Shown piece after piece: positions 48,766-60,400 of a DNA stretch of 64,000 nucleotides (within the stretch, counting starts at the first letter, position 1; each line of letters opens with the position of its first letter). The DNA comes from Zygnema circumcarinatum SAG 698-1b (Eukaryota > Plantae > Zygnematophyceae). Position numbers and translations under genes: made by a program. Location of the stretch: positions 558,001 to 622,000 of the forward strand of contig CM074807.1 in NCBI GenBank assembly GCA_037447605.1, read 5' to 3'. The notes beneath the pieces are model-generated. The model did not search any database, had not been told where the DNA came from, and saw only the letters and a program-made list of their open reading frames with translations.

Positions 48766-49695
48766 CAAGGGCTTCACATGATCCCTGGCTGCAGTTAGCG
48801 AGTACAGGAACGGCAAGTTGGAGTCCGATGCTAACATCGCTGTTCCCTCCCGTTACGCTTGTCTTCTCTGTAAATCTGCCAGGAGCGGAGGTAGAAATAG
48901 GCTGGCTGGGATAGTGATAGATAGGCCTCCTGCCCCAAGCTCCTGCAGTTTATTTATGTACATTGATCTAATTTTGGTAGAAACTTCAGGATACACTCCA
49001 AACTGTGAGCTGTGTGATGACACATTCATGTTATCTCTGGGAAATAACAAACATTTCCTACTCATTTCCTTCGCATGCGATTGTCGTTTTTTTCCTTGGT
49101 GCTCTGATTCCTTTTTGCCTCTGATGTGCTCGGTGCCTTGGAAAAGGTCACAAAAGAACCACTGGCGCCATTGGAAACTTTTCCGATGAGATTACTTAAT
49201 TATTTGCTTGCAGTACTTTCCCATTGAGAATAAGAAAACAGAAAGGTGGCTCGTTAGTGGCCATGTCACAGAAATTCTCAGGTTATGTTATATCCATTGA
49301 GCAGGCCCTATGCATGGTGGGACTTGAATGTATGGCAATGTGTATCTTAACTTGAAGCGCGAATTAAAGACGTCGAACCCAATGCGATGATAAGTAACAA
49401 ATATTCAAACAATCGCAAACGCTCTTACAGGACACAAGCATCCCTTCTGTTCGAACTTCTGTTGTGATGATTGAGGTGTTCTTTGACGGAGGGAACGTAT
49501 GATAACGAAAGAAACACGAGTTGGTAACCACCGGCAATCTTGTTTACCAAAAAAAGGCCCTCCCGCCCTCTCAGGAACGGATCGCCCCCCACCCTCCTCG
49601 CGACCGCTACTAAACCAAGCCGCGACAACCTCTCTCGCCCTCTCTCTCACTCCGACCCGCTGCCCTCCCCCTCGCCCTCCCCCGACACCATGTCC
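48766..49695 (+). pseudogene. Inverted duplicate of ~45740-46752: pseudo-psaF 3' end, its 3' UTR, intergenic DNA and the pTAC3 tail
   Basis: CAAGGGCTTCACATGATCCCTGGCTGCAG... matches psa[10 protein letters not shown] with TGG>TGA, a 3-nt deletion and TAA>TAC. Similarity continues to ACACCATGTCCG, the antisense of the pTAC3 last codons. Confidence 0.92.
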
Positions 49696-50640
49696 GAGGG
49701 AGGGAGGGAAAGAGGGAGGGAGGGAGGGAGGGAGGGAGGGACAGCCCGCCTTACGGCCGGGGCACATAGTGCGCGGAGCACCATGGTGGTTTTAGCACCC
49801 GCTACAATCGCAGCAGGGGGGGATTAAGTGGAAAACAGTGTGTACATATTCATGTGCTAAAGCATTTGAAAATGATATCTCATGTGATGTTGAGCATGTA
49901 ATAGATGTGATATTGGTGATGATTATATGGTGTTCTGAAAAAACGCAACGAAGTGATTGCCTTGTTCAATCTGCTCGCCCGCCTCTCGGAATCCATCAAG
50001 ACGGTCTCCGAGCTTATGACAAGTCTGAACACCTCCCCAGAAAGAGAGCGGAGCTCCTCTCCCTCCTCTCCCTCCTCTCCCTCTCTCTCCCGCTCCAACT
50101 CCAGTCCCAGCAACCTCCTTAGCGCCCTCCTTCCCTCTTGAAGCGGGAAGAGAAAAACATTTAGCAACCACCGATGGTTGGGCCATTGTCGCTCACAATG
50201 GAGGAGTCAACCCTAAATCCTAAACCCGAAACCCGAAACCCTAAACCAAACCCTGAAGAATGTATGTGGAATTAAGTCATTTACATTTGCATTGTAGAAA
50301 TGAGTACCAGCAATCACTGTTTTTGATTCTCGAATATAGTTCGAGTAAACTTATTACATCTAACAGTTGAAATTGATTTCTGAAAAGAAACATAATAATT
50401 CTTATTGCGACACCTACACAGATAATAGCCTGTTAAATCCCTCGGACAGATATTCACCTTAGGTGTGTTTACCAAGAAAAGAAAAAAAAAAAAAAACGTT
50501 TCTCGGGTCTAATATTTCAAACTGAACCATAGAGACACCAGAGAAACCAGAGAGAGTTCAAGGCCCTTTAAGATTTCAAACTTCCGAAAGTTCAAACCGT
50601 CAGCCTTCAGGGTTTTGGAGTTTGAATGTTCCAACGACTT

Positions 50641-50922
50641 CCAAGGGTTCAAGACTTCTTCTTCTTCGTCCAAGGGTTCAAGACTTCTTCTTCTTCGTCC
50701 AAGGGTTCAAGACTTCTTCTTCTTCTTCCAAGGGTTCAAGACTTCTTCTTCTTCGTCCAAGGGTTCAAGACTTCTTCTTCTTCTTCCAAGGGTTCAAGAC
50801 TTCTTCTTCTTCTTCCAAGGGTTCAAGACTTCTTCTTCTTCTTCCAAAGGTTCAAGACTTCTTCTTCTTCTCTTCCGAGGGTTCAAGACTTCTTCTTCTT
50901 CTTCTTCTTCCAAGGGTTCAAG
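50641..50922. repeat. 29-bp minisatellite (CCAAGGGTTCAAGACTTCTTCTTCTTCGT), ~9.5 units, overlapping the dehydrogenase stop codon
   Basis: Units start at 50641, 50670, 50699, 50728, 50757, 50786, 50815, 50844, 50875 and 50910. Confidence 0.92.
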
Positions 50923-51401
50923 GCTTTCCATTTTCAACGTTGTTCGCCAACTCCACCAAGGTGAGGGTCTCGCCATTCTTCACTTGCCGAATAGTCGCCG
51001 CCATCACCTGCAAAAGCCGCCGCCCATAAAACAGACTTTCAGATTTCAGATTGTTCCCAGCAAAACAGTATTCAATGTTTACGGATGAAAGTGATGTGCA
51101 GTGGGGCCACCCCTTCTCCCTCGTTCCTTCCCACTCACCACCTCGAAAAGTGAGACAGAAGGAGAGCAAGAGAGAGAGGGTGAGAGAGATGGGGGGGTGA
51201 GAGAGAGAGCAAAAGAAAGAGCAAGAGAGAAGGAGAGGGGGAGAGAGAGAAAGAGAGGGGGAGAAAAAGAGAGCAAAGAAGCGAGATAGAGCAATAGAGA
51301 GAGGGAGCATAAGAGATAGAGAGATAGAAATAGAGAGAAAACAAAGGCGAGAGGGAGCAATAGAGAGAGAACAAAGGGGAGAGAAAGCAAAGGAGAAAGA
51401 G

Positions 51402-51440
<39 letters not shown>

Positions 51441-52237
51441 AACTGACTCGCGCCATGGTTTCATAGGACGGCTTCGTGACGCCTCCCACGTGCGGAGTGA
51501 TGATGACCCGCGGATGTGTCGCGATCGCATCCGTCGGATCGAACGGCTCCTGCCACGCCACGTCAGCCGCGAGCCCCCCCAGCCGCCCCCCCTCCAGGGC
51601 CGCCCACGTGGCCGAATAGTCCAAAAGGCCGCCCCGCGCAATGTTCACCAAAAGGGCCCCCTGCGAGCCGGCCCAGAATGGAAATATTTTTTTTAGGGAC
51701 AGATTTTAGGGTTTTAGATTGTAGGGGTTTTAGGGTTTGGGGAAAACATGGGCGATTCATCATCATCAGCAGAGGAAATGGTGAAAAGGAAAAAGTGAAA
51801 AGTTGAAAAGGGGGGTATGTAATGATGATGGGAAGGCATGGGCATACCTTTTTCATGGAGCCGTAAAACTCGGCGTTGGCCATGCCCGCCTGCATGCATG
51901 GATGGATGTATGGATGTATGTATGTATGTGTCCCCCATGGATGGCATCATCATGCCATGGATCCATCCATCCATCCCCATGAGTTGCTTCCCAGAAGCTT
52001 CCATCGCACTAAAGCTGCTCCACAGTGTTCATGCAACGGACTGATGGAGCGGGATTCGCAGCAAACATCAGGGAGCGAGAGAGAGAGAGAGAGAGAGGGA
52101 GGGGGAGAGAGAGGGGTAGAGAGATGGGGCGAGAGAGATAGAGAAAGAGAGAGGGAAAGAGAGAGAGAGAGGGTGAGGGAGAGAGAGAAAGGGTGAGGGA
52201 GAGAGAGAGAGGGAGAGCGAGAGAGGGGGAGCGAGAT

Positions 52238-52270
<33 letters not shown>

Positions 52271-54788
52271 AAGAGAGAGAGGGAAAGAGAGTGAGAGAGA
52301 GGGTGAGGGAGAGAGAGAGAGAGAGTGAGAGAGGGGGAGGTATGCACCGTTTCTTTGGTAAGGAGACAGCACATGACGACAATGTCCGCCTGTGGGAGAA
52401 ACGTTGGGAGGGCCTCTGTCCCCCCTCGCTCATCCACTGCCTCCACTCCTTTCTCACTCTCTCCCTCTCTCTCGCTCTCTCTCCCGCTCTCTCCCCTCCT
52501 CTCCCGCAGGGCGACCTCCTGGGCATCACTATTGCTTGAGTCGATGGGCTCCGCATCTACCAAAGCAAACACATAACCGATAAGTCCATTTAATTGCTGC
52601 TTATTTGAACGCAACAAATAATGGATTTTTTTTGCATTCCATCTTTGACTCTAAATGTGAAAAAAAAACGAAAAAAACAAACGAAAAAAAAACGAAAAAA
52701 AAGATAATAGTGGAACGAAACAAAAGCAAAATCTTTGGATACATTTGGGTCTCGCGACAAACCTTCGCCTATGATCGATTTTGAGCCGTTGGATCGACCC
52801 CACGATCGACGGACAGCGAGGACTCGCACATTGAAGGGCTTCAAACGAGGGGCCAACTCTTGGCCAATGCTTCCGTACCCAACAATAAGTACCTATTAAA
52901 AAAAAAAAAAAAAAAAAGATAAAAAAAAAACGAGAAGGGAAGGTAATGAAGATTAAGAAAACTCCCTGACCGAGTTTGAAAAGGGTGAAGTGTATAAAAG
53001 GGGGAAGAAAAAAATTGAAAAATTGAAATTTAATTTCCTGTTTTACTGACCGTTTTCCCATAGAGAGTGTCGCCCTGAGGTTCTCCAAGGAGCATGTTCT
53101 GAAGCGATGACGTCATCCTGTGCTGGTGAGAGAAATGCGTCCATTACTTCTACTTGTCAATGATAACTCGCAAAGGGAATCGGAAAAGTAGCACAGAAAG
53201 ACGCACAAAAAGTGCAAGTGGGTTTCTGGAAGGCAGGAGGGAGGGAGGGAGAGGGAGAGGGAGAGGGAGGGGTGGGAGGGAGGGAGGGAGGCAGGGAGGG
53301 AGGAGAGGGAGGCAGGGAGGGAGGAGAGGGAGGGGAGAGGAGGGAAGGGCGGGGAGGGACGAGAGGGAGGGAGGGAGGAGAGGGAGGATAGGGAGAGGAT
53401 GAGGAGAGGAGGAAGAAGAGGGAGAGGAGGAAGAAAGGGAGGGAGGGGAGGGAGAAGGGGAGGGAGAAAAGGAGGGAGGGGAGGGAAAAGGAGAGGGAGA
53501 AAAGGAGGGAGGAGGGGGAGATAGGGAGGGAGAGGAGGGAGGAGAGGGAGGATAGGGAAAGAAGGAAGAAGAGGGAGGGGCGGGAGAAAGGGACGGAGGG
53601 GAGGGAGAAGGGGAGGGAGAAAAGGAGGGAGAAAAGGAGGGAGGGGAGGGAGAAAATGAGGGAGGAAAGGGAGATAGGGAGCGAGGGGAGGGAGGTGGGG
53701 GAGGGAGGGGAGAGGGAGAGGGAGGGTCGGTAAGGGAGGGAACAGAGGGAGGAGACGGATAGGAGAGAGGATGGGCGGCAGGAGAGGTCCTGACCTGGTC
53801 TCGGAGGAGGGCCATTGCGAGATATATGCAGTGCTCAGCACATGAAATTGCGTTGTAACGGTTGGCAGTTCCACTGATTCTCGACACATGGATCCCTGCT
53901 GACGTGGCAGCCGGAATATCCACGCCTGGTAGATGCTCCCATCCCCCAATGCATCATGGGATGGGGGGAGGGAGGGAGAAGGGAAGGAGGAGAGAGAGGG
54001 AGGAGGAGGGTCGAGAGAGGGGGAGAGAGCAGGAGAAGCAAGGACCAGCAAGTATGAGAGGAGGGAAGGAAAAAGGAGGGGAGAAGGCGAGGAAGGGGAG
54101 AGGGAAGGAGAGAGAGAGGAGATGGATGAGGGAGGGGAGGAACGGGAAGGTGGAACGAAGAAAGAAAGGAGAGGAACAGGAGGAACAAGGGAGAAAGAGG
54201 GAGGAGAAAATGGGGAGAGAGTCAGGGAGAGAAGAGAGGAAGAGAAGGGAGAGGAGGGGGAGAGGGAGAGGGAGGAGAAGGTGGGAGGACGTTTTTTACC
54301 TTCCAACCCAACTCCAAATTGACAAATTAGTTTTGCATTTTTGGCCCGAGCAATGGTGGAGGCCGAAAGGCGGCACATCCGTGGAACGACCACATGGAAC
54401 TGCTCAATCTTCTCGGAGATTTCTTCTCTCGGGTAGTTTTCGAACTGAAGCAGAAATGAAAAGCAATCACAAAAAGAAAGAAAGCATTCAAAAGGGAAGC
54501 CATTTCCTCTTTGAATAGAAACCCTAAAAACCCTGAAAATAAGACGAGGTATGGTTGTGAGAATTGGGAAAGATCCATACATGCAAAACTTTTAGGGTTT
54601 CATGTTCATGTTGCCTTCATTGGCTATGGATATCCCAACTTACAGCAGACTTAAAATGGAGGAGCTTGCAACGGAAAGTAACGGAAAACTGTTTCTTTGC
54701 TTGCTGTTACCTGAATCTCCGGATCGTCAGCTAAAAGTCTTCGGGTAGTCTCCAGAGCGGAGGGGAACTCCTCTCCGCAAAAAAGCAC
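50918..54788 (-). CDS. D-isomer-specific 2-hydroxyacid dehydrogenase; start exon lost at the gap
   Basis: Exons: VLFCGEEFPSALETT (54788-54711); ...LICQFGVGLEG (54444-54300); VDIPAATSAG...SCAEH (53925-53795); LLGEPQGDTLYGKT (53122-53051); VLIVGYGSIGQELAPRLKPF (Rossmann GxGxxG); ADIVVMCC; LVNIARGG; DVAWQEP; ITPHVGG; stop at 50918. Confidence 0.9.
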
Positions 54789-54844
54789 CTGACATTAAAT
54801 CCATGAAATAAGAAATGCATGAGCCCTGCCTCCTCTCTCCCTCT

Positions 54845-54897
<53 letters not shown>

Positions 54898-54907
54898 NNN
54901 NNNNNNN

Positions 54908-57325
54908 AGAGAGAAAGAGAGAGAGGGAAAGAGAGTGAGAGAGAGGGTGAGGGAGAGAGAGAGAGAGAGTGAGAGAGGGGGAGGTATGCACCGTTTCTTT
55001 GGTAAGGAGACAGCACATGACGACAATGTCCGCCTGTGGGAGAAACGTTGGGAGGGCCTCTGTCCCCCCTCGCTCATCCACTGCCTCCACTCCTTTCTCA
55101 CTCTCTCCCTCTCTCTCGCTCTCTCTCCCGCTCTCTCCCCTCCTCTCCCGCAGGGCGACCTCCTGGGCATCACTATTGCTTGAGTCGATGGGCTCCGCAT
55201 CTACCAAAGCAAACACATAACCGATAAGTCCATTTAATTGCTGCTTATTTGAACGCAACAAATAATGGATTTTTTTTGCATTCCATCTTTGACTCTAAAT
55301 GTGAAAAAAAAACGAAAAAAACAAACGAAAAAAAAACGAAAAAAAAGATAATAGTGGAACGAAACAAAAGCAAAATCTTTGGATACATTTGGGTCTCGCG
55401 ACAAACCTTCGCCTATGATCGATTTTGAGCCGTTGGATCGACCCCACGATCGACGGACAGCGAGGACTCGCACATTGAAGGGCTTCAAACGAGGGGCCAA
55501 CTCTTGGCCAATGCTTCCGTACCCAACAATAAGTACCTATTAAAAAAAAAAAAAAAAAAAAGATAAAAAAAAAACGAGAAGGGAAGGTAATGAAGATTAA
55601 GAAAACTCCCTGACCGAGTTTGAAAAGGGTGAAGTGTATAAAAGGGGGAAGAAAAAAATTGAAAAATTGAAATTTAATTTCCTGTTTTACTGACCGTTTT
55701 CCCATAGAGAGTGTCGCCCTGAGGTTCTCCAAGGAGCATGTTCTGAAGCGATGACGTCATCCTGTGCTGGTGAGAGAAATGCGTCCATTACTTCTACTTG
55801 TCAATGATAACTCGCAAAGGGAATCGGAAAAGTAGCACAGAAAGACGCACAAAAAGTGCAAGTGGGTTTCTGGAAGGCAGGAGGGAGGGAGGGAGAGGGA
55901 GAGGGAGAGGGAGGGGTGGGAGGGAGGGAGGGAGGCAGGGAGGGAGGAGAGGGAGGCAGGGAGGGAGGAGAGGGAGGGGAGAGGAGGGAAGGGCGGGGAG
56001 GGACGAGAGGGAGGGAGGGAGGAGAGGGAGGATAGGGAGAGGATGAGGAGAGGAGGAAGAAGAGGGAGAGGAGGAAGAAAGGGAGGGAGGGGAGGGAGAA
56101 GGGGAGGGAGAAAAGGAGGGAGGGGAGGGAAAAGGAGAGGGAGAAAAGGAGGGAGGAGGGGGGGAGATAGGGAGGGAGAGGAGGGAGGAGAGGGAGGATA
56201 GGGAAAGAAGGAAGAAGAGGGAGGGGCGGGAGAAAGGGACGGAGGGGAGGGAGAAGGGGAGGGAGAAAAGGAGGGAGAAAAGGAGGGAGGGGAGGGAGAA
56301 AATGAGGGAGGAAAGGGAGATAGGGAGCGAGGGGAGGGAGGTGGGGGAGGGAGGGGAGAGGGAGAGGGAGGGTCGGTAAGGGAGGGAACAGAGGGAGGAG
56401 ACGGATAGGAGAGAGGATGGGCGGCAGGAGAGGTCCTGACCTGGTCTCGGAGGAGGGCCATTGCGAGATATATGCAGTGCTCAGCACATGAAATTGCGTT
56501 GTAACGGTTGGCAGTTCCACTGATTCTCGACACATGGATCCCTGCTGACGTGGCAGCCGGAATATCCACGCCTGGTAGATGCTCCCATCCCCCAATGCAT
56601 CATGGGATGGGGGGAGGGAGGGAGAAGGGAAGGAGGAGAGAGAGGGAGGAGGAGGGTCGAGAGAGGGGGAGAGAGCAGGAGAAGCAAGGACCAGCAAGTA
56701 TGAGAGGAGGGAAGGAAAAAGGAGGGGAGAAGGCGAGGAAGGGGAGAGGGAAGGAGAGAGAGAGGAGATGGATGAGGGAGGGGAGGAACGGGAAGGTGGA
56801 ACGAAGAAAGAAAGGAGAGGAACAGGAGGAACAAGGGAGAAAGAGGGAGGAGAAAATGGGGAGAGAGTCAGGGAGAGAAGAGAGGAAGAGAAGGGAGAGG
56901 AGGGGGAGAGGGAGAGGGAGGAGAAGGTGGGAGGACGTTTTTTACCTTCCAACCCAACTCCAAATTGACAAATTAGTTTTGCATTTTTGGCCCGAGCAAT
57001 GGTGGAGGCCGAAAGGCGGCACATCCGTGGAACGACCACATGGAACTGCTCAATCTTCTCGGAGATTTCTTCTCTCGGGTAGTTTTCGAACTGAAGCAGA
57101 AATGAAAAGCAATCACAAAAAGAAAGAAAGCATTCAAAAGGGAAGCCATTTCCTCTTTGAATAGAAACCCTAAAAACCCTGAAAATAAGACGAGGTATGG
57201 TTGTGAGAATTGGGAAAGATCCATACATGCAAAACTTTTAGGGTTTCATGTTCATGTTGCCTTCATTGGCTATGGATATCCCAACTTACAGCAGACTTAA
57301 AATGGAGGAGCTTGCAACGGAAAGT
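54908..57325 (-). other. Near-identical second copy of ~52265-54680 between two N gaps; probable assembly or haplotype duplicate
   Basis: Identical ORFs at offset 2644-2646; bounded by gaps at 54898-54907 and 57351-57450. Confidence 0.7.
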
Positions 57326-57450
57326 AACGAGCTTGAAACATTTTGCTTGCNNNNNNNNNNNNNNNNNNNNNNNNNNNNNNNNNNNNNNNNNNNNNNNNNN
57401 NNNNNNNNNNNNNNNNNNNNNNNNNNNNNNNNNNNNNNNNNNNNNNNNNN

Positions 57451-60400
57451 ATCCCGACAGTCCCCTTTCGGTGGCGCGTGGACGCTCGACAGCCTCCCTC
57501 ACACCAGCCCAGCTCACGCGGTTCTGCGCTCCCAGTACAATGTCAGGACCTCCGTGCAATTTGTCAGATTGATCGCACGCGCCCACGTGCTATGTTCAAC
57601 CCCATAGCCCAACCATTTCACGAGATATTCGTGGCGGGAAGTCTGACCTCTACTCACAGTCCTGTGGGTTTGGATGGTCTCTACCTCATACTCGAGGTCA
57701 CCCTCAACTTCCACTGGAGGGGGAGGTGGTTGGACTCTCCCATCGCTGCGGTATGCCTTAAGAAGACCCACGTGAAAGACCGGATGCACTTTCATATGAG
57801 CCGGTAAAGCCGCATAAGCCGCCTCACGATCGGCTCACGACCGGAAAGGGTCCCATGGAGCGAGCCACGACTTTCGGGGCCCGCCGTGAGTCTTCAGGCG
57901 CAGTGCCGGGGGTGTCAGCGGTGCCTGATCACCTCCAGCGAAGGTGATGCAGCACGACGCGACCCAGCATAGGCTTTCTCGGACCAGACTGCTAGCAGGG
58001 TCTGCCTTGCCCTCTGTAACGCCTCGGACATTTTCCGAGTGAAAGCACTAACGGCGGGAGGTTGACTCCCGCCAGCTCCTCTCATGCCCCAAGGATCTGG
58101 GAGCCTGTGAACATCCATGTTCCACACATCTGGCTGCTGATCTCTTGGCTGCAGGGGATTTAGAGGATGCTGACCAAAGTTCAAGAAGAAAGGAGTGGTA
58201 CCGATTGATTCCTGGAATGCATTGTTAATGGCATACTCAGCCACCGGGAGCAGTTCATCCCATCCATCCGGGATGGGTCCCACATAATGCCTCAAATAGT
58301 CTTCCAGAATCCGGTTCACCCGCTCAGTTTGGCCATCTGTCTGAGGGTGGAAGGCTCTACTCATAGCCTGCTTAGTCCCGATAATCCAGAGGATTTCTTT
58401 CCAGAAATGGCCGGTGAATCGGGTATCACGATCTGAGATGATCTCAGATTGAAGTCCATGCCGACTCCAGACCTTGTCAACATATAGCCGTGCTATCTCG
58501 TCGGCACCCGCCGTCTTAGCAGTGGCTGCAAAATGCACCATTTTGCTCAGGCGGTCGACAAACATGAGGATGGAGTTAAAACCCCGAGCTGTCACAGGTA
58601 AATCTGTGATCAAATCCATACCCACACTCTCCCACTTCCTGTAAGGAAGGGCGAGGGGCTGGAGCAAGCCAGCCACAGGTCCCGTGCGAGGCTTATCCCG
58701 CTGACAAGTTGGGCATGCGAGTACATACGCCTCCACGTCCGCTGTAATTCCGGGCCACCAGAATTCTCGGAGCAGTGCTTCACGGGTTTTGGCAACTCCC
58801 ATATGGCCCCTGTACGGAGGATCGTGCATCTCACTCAGTATGAGCTGCCGTACAGATCCAGCCTTGGGTACGACTAACTGCTTATCGTGGTACCAAAAAC
58901 CGTCCCGAAGCACGAGCTTGTTCTTATAGCCATTGCCTTGGCCGTCCAGGAACAAAGGATCACCAGTGTACCCCTCCTGGATCATCTGTCTGAAATCAGA
59001 GAGAGCAGGAGGGTTGACTGCGTCACTGGTGGAGGGGTTTATGACAAAACATACTGGAGATGTAAACGCTGGGTTGGCCGGCCCTTCGTCTCCACCATCT
59101 CGTACCACCAACACTCGAGTCGACGAGCGCATCATCCAGGCTAGATGAATGGGTTGCCTGCTCAGTGGGTCCGCTACATTTAGCCTCCCAGGCCTGTATA
59201 CCCACTTGCAGTCGAACCGTTGGAGGAACTCAGACCAGCGTGCCTGCCGCCTCGAAAGAGTTTGCTGAGTGGAGAGGAACGTCAGTGGACGGTGGTCTGT
59301 GACCAGCGTGACTGCCACCGCCCCCTCCAAATAGCAACGCCATGTCCTCAGGGCGTGAACAACGGCCAAGAGCTCCTGCTCTGTGGCTGAGTAGTTTCGC
59401 TCAGCTGGGTTCATCTTGCGACTTTCGTAAGCAAGAGGTTGGTCGTCTTGGAACAAGACCGCACCCAAAGCGAACCCCGAAGCGTCACATACCACTTCAT
59501 ATGGCAACCGCGGATCAGCCAACCTCAACGTAGGTGCTGTCACAAGCGCATGTCTCAGCCATGGGATGCCGTCTCCGGCACTCTAGTGTCCATGCATAGG
59601 CGACACCGGAACGTGTCAAGTTGGTAAGCGGAGTTACCAACTTACTAAAGCCTTGGATAAATTTACGAAAATAATTTGCAAATCCAAGAAAAGACCGCAA
59701 CTGATGAAGATCAGTCGGTACAGCCCATGTCTTTATAGCAGACACCTTGGCTGGATCAGGTTTCAATCCCTGATCATTCAAGATATGCCCAAGATACAAC
59801 AACTCTCGTTGCATGAAGTTACACTTCTTTCGCTTGGCATAAAACGTGTGTTTTCGCAACACCTCGAACACTTTGCGTACATACACAAGATGTTCAGCAA
59901 TCCAATATTGCTGAATTTTCAGATGTCATCCAGGTCAACAAGGACAAAGTCATTGTGCCAGCGAACATTTCGTCATCACAGCTTGGAATGTCACAGGAGG
60001 TAGGTCATCAAAAGGTAAGCACCTTGTCCTGGAAGTGACCCATCGCGTCCAAAATGCCGTCTAAAACACCAACATGGGTGATATGATCTGATAGTACCCT
60101 GCAAAGTGACAAGGTGGACACCTTCACCTGTGAGCGGTCCAAAGATCATCTTATGACGGTAAAGCAAACCTGTTCTTTACCGTGATCTTATTGAGTGCTC
60201 GATAATCGATGCACATTCGCAAAGACCCATCCTTCTTACCAACGAAGAGGATGGGAGCCCCAAAGGGACTCTGGCTGGGCTCAATCCAGCCCTTCTCACG
60301 CAGGTTAGCGAGTTGCTTTCGCATCTCCTCAGTCTCCTTCGGACTAAGCCTATAGATAGGCCTCCAAGGAGGTTTCTGTTCTGGCTCAAGGGGTATGGTG

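Noticed and set aside
50641-50922. CRISPR-like array (29-bp period)
   Set aside because: Units are head-to-tail with no unique spacers, there are no cas genes, and the context is eukaryotic. The same applies to the 28728 and 44610 arrays.
54520-54610. Apparent first exon (FPNSHNHTSSYFQ) suggesting a frameshifted dehydrogenase
   Set aside because: A better in-phase exon (VLFCGEEFP..., 54788-54711) lies upstream, so this stretch is intron.
52265-57325. Tandem dehydrogenase paralogs
   Set aside because: The second copy is partial, essentially identical and bounded by gaps.
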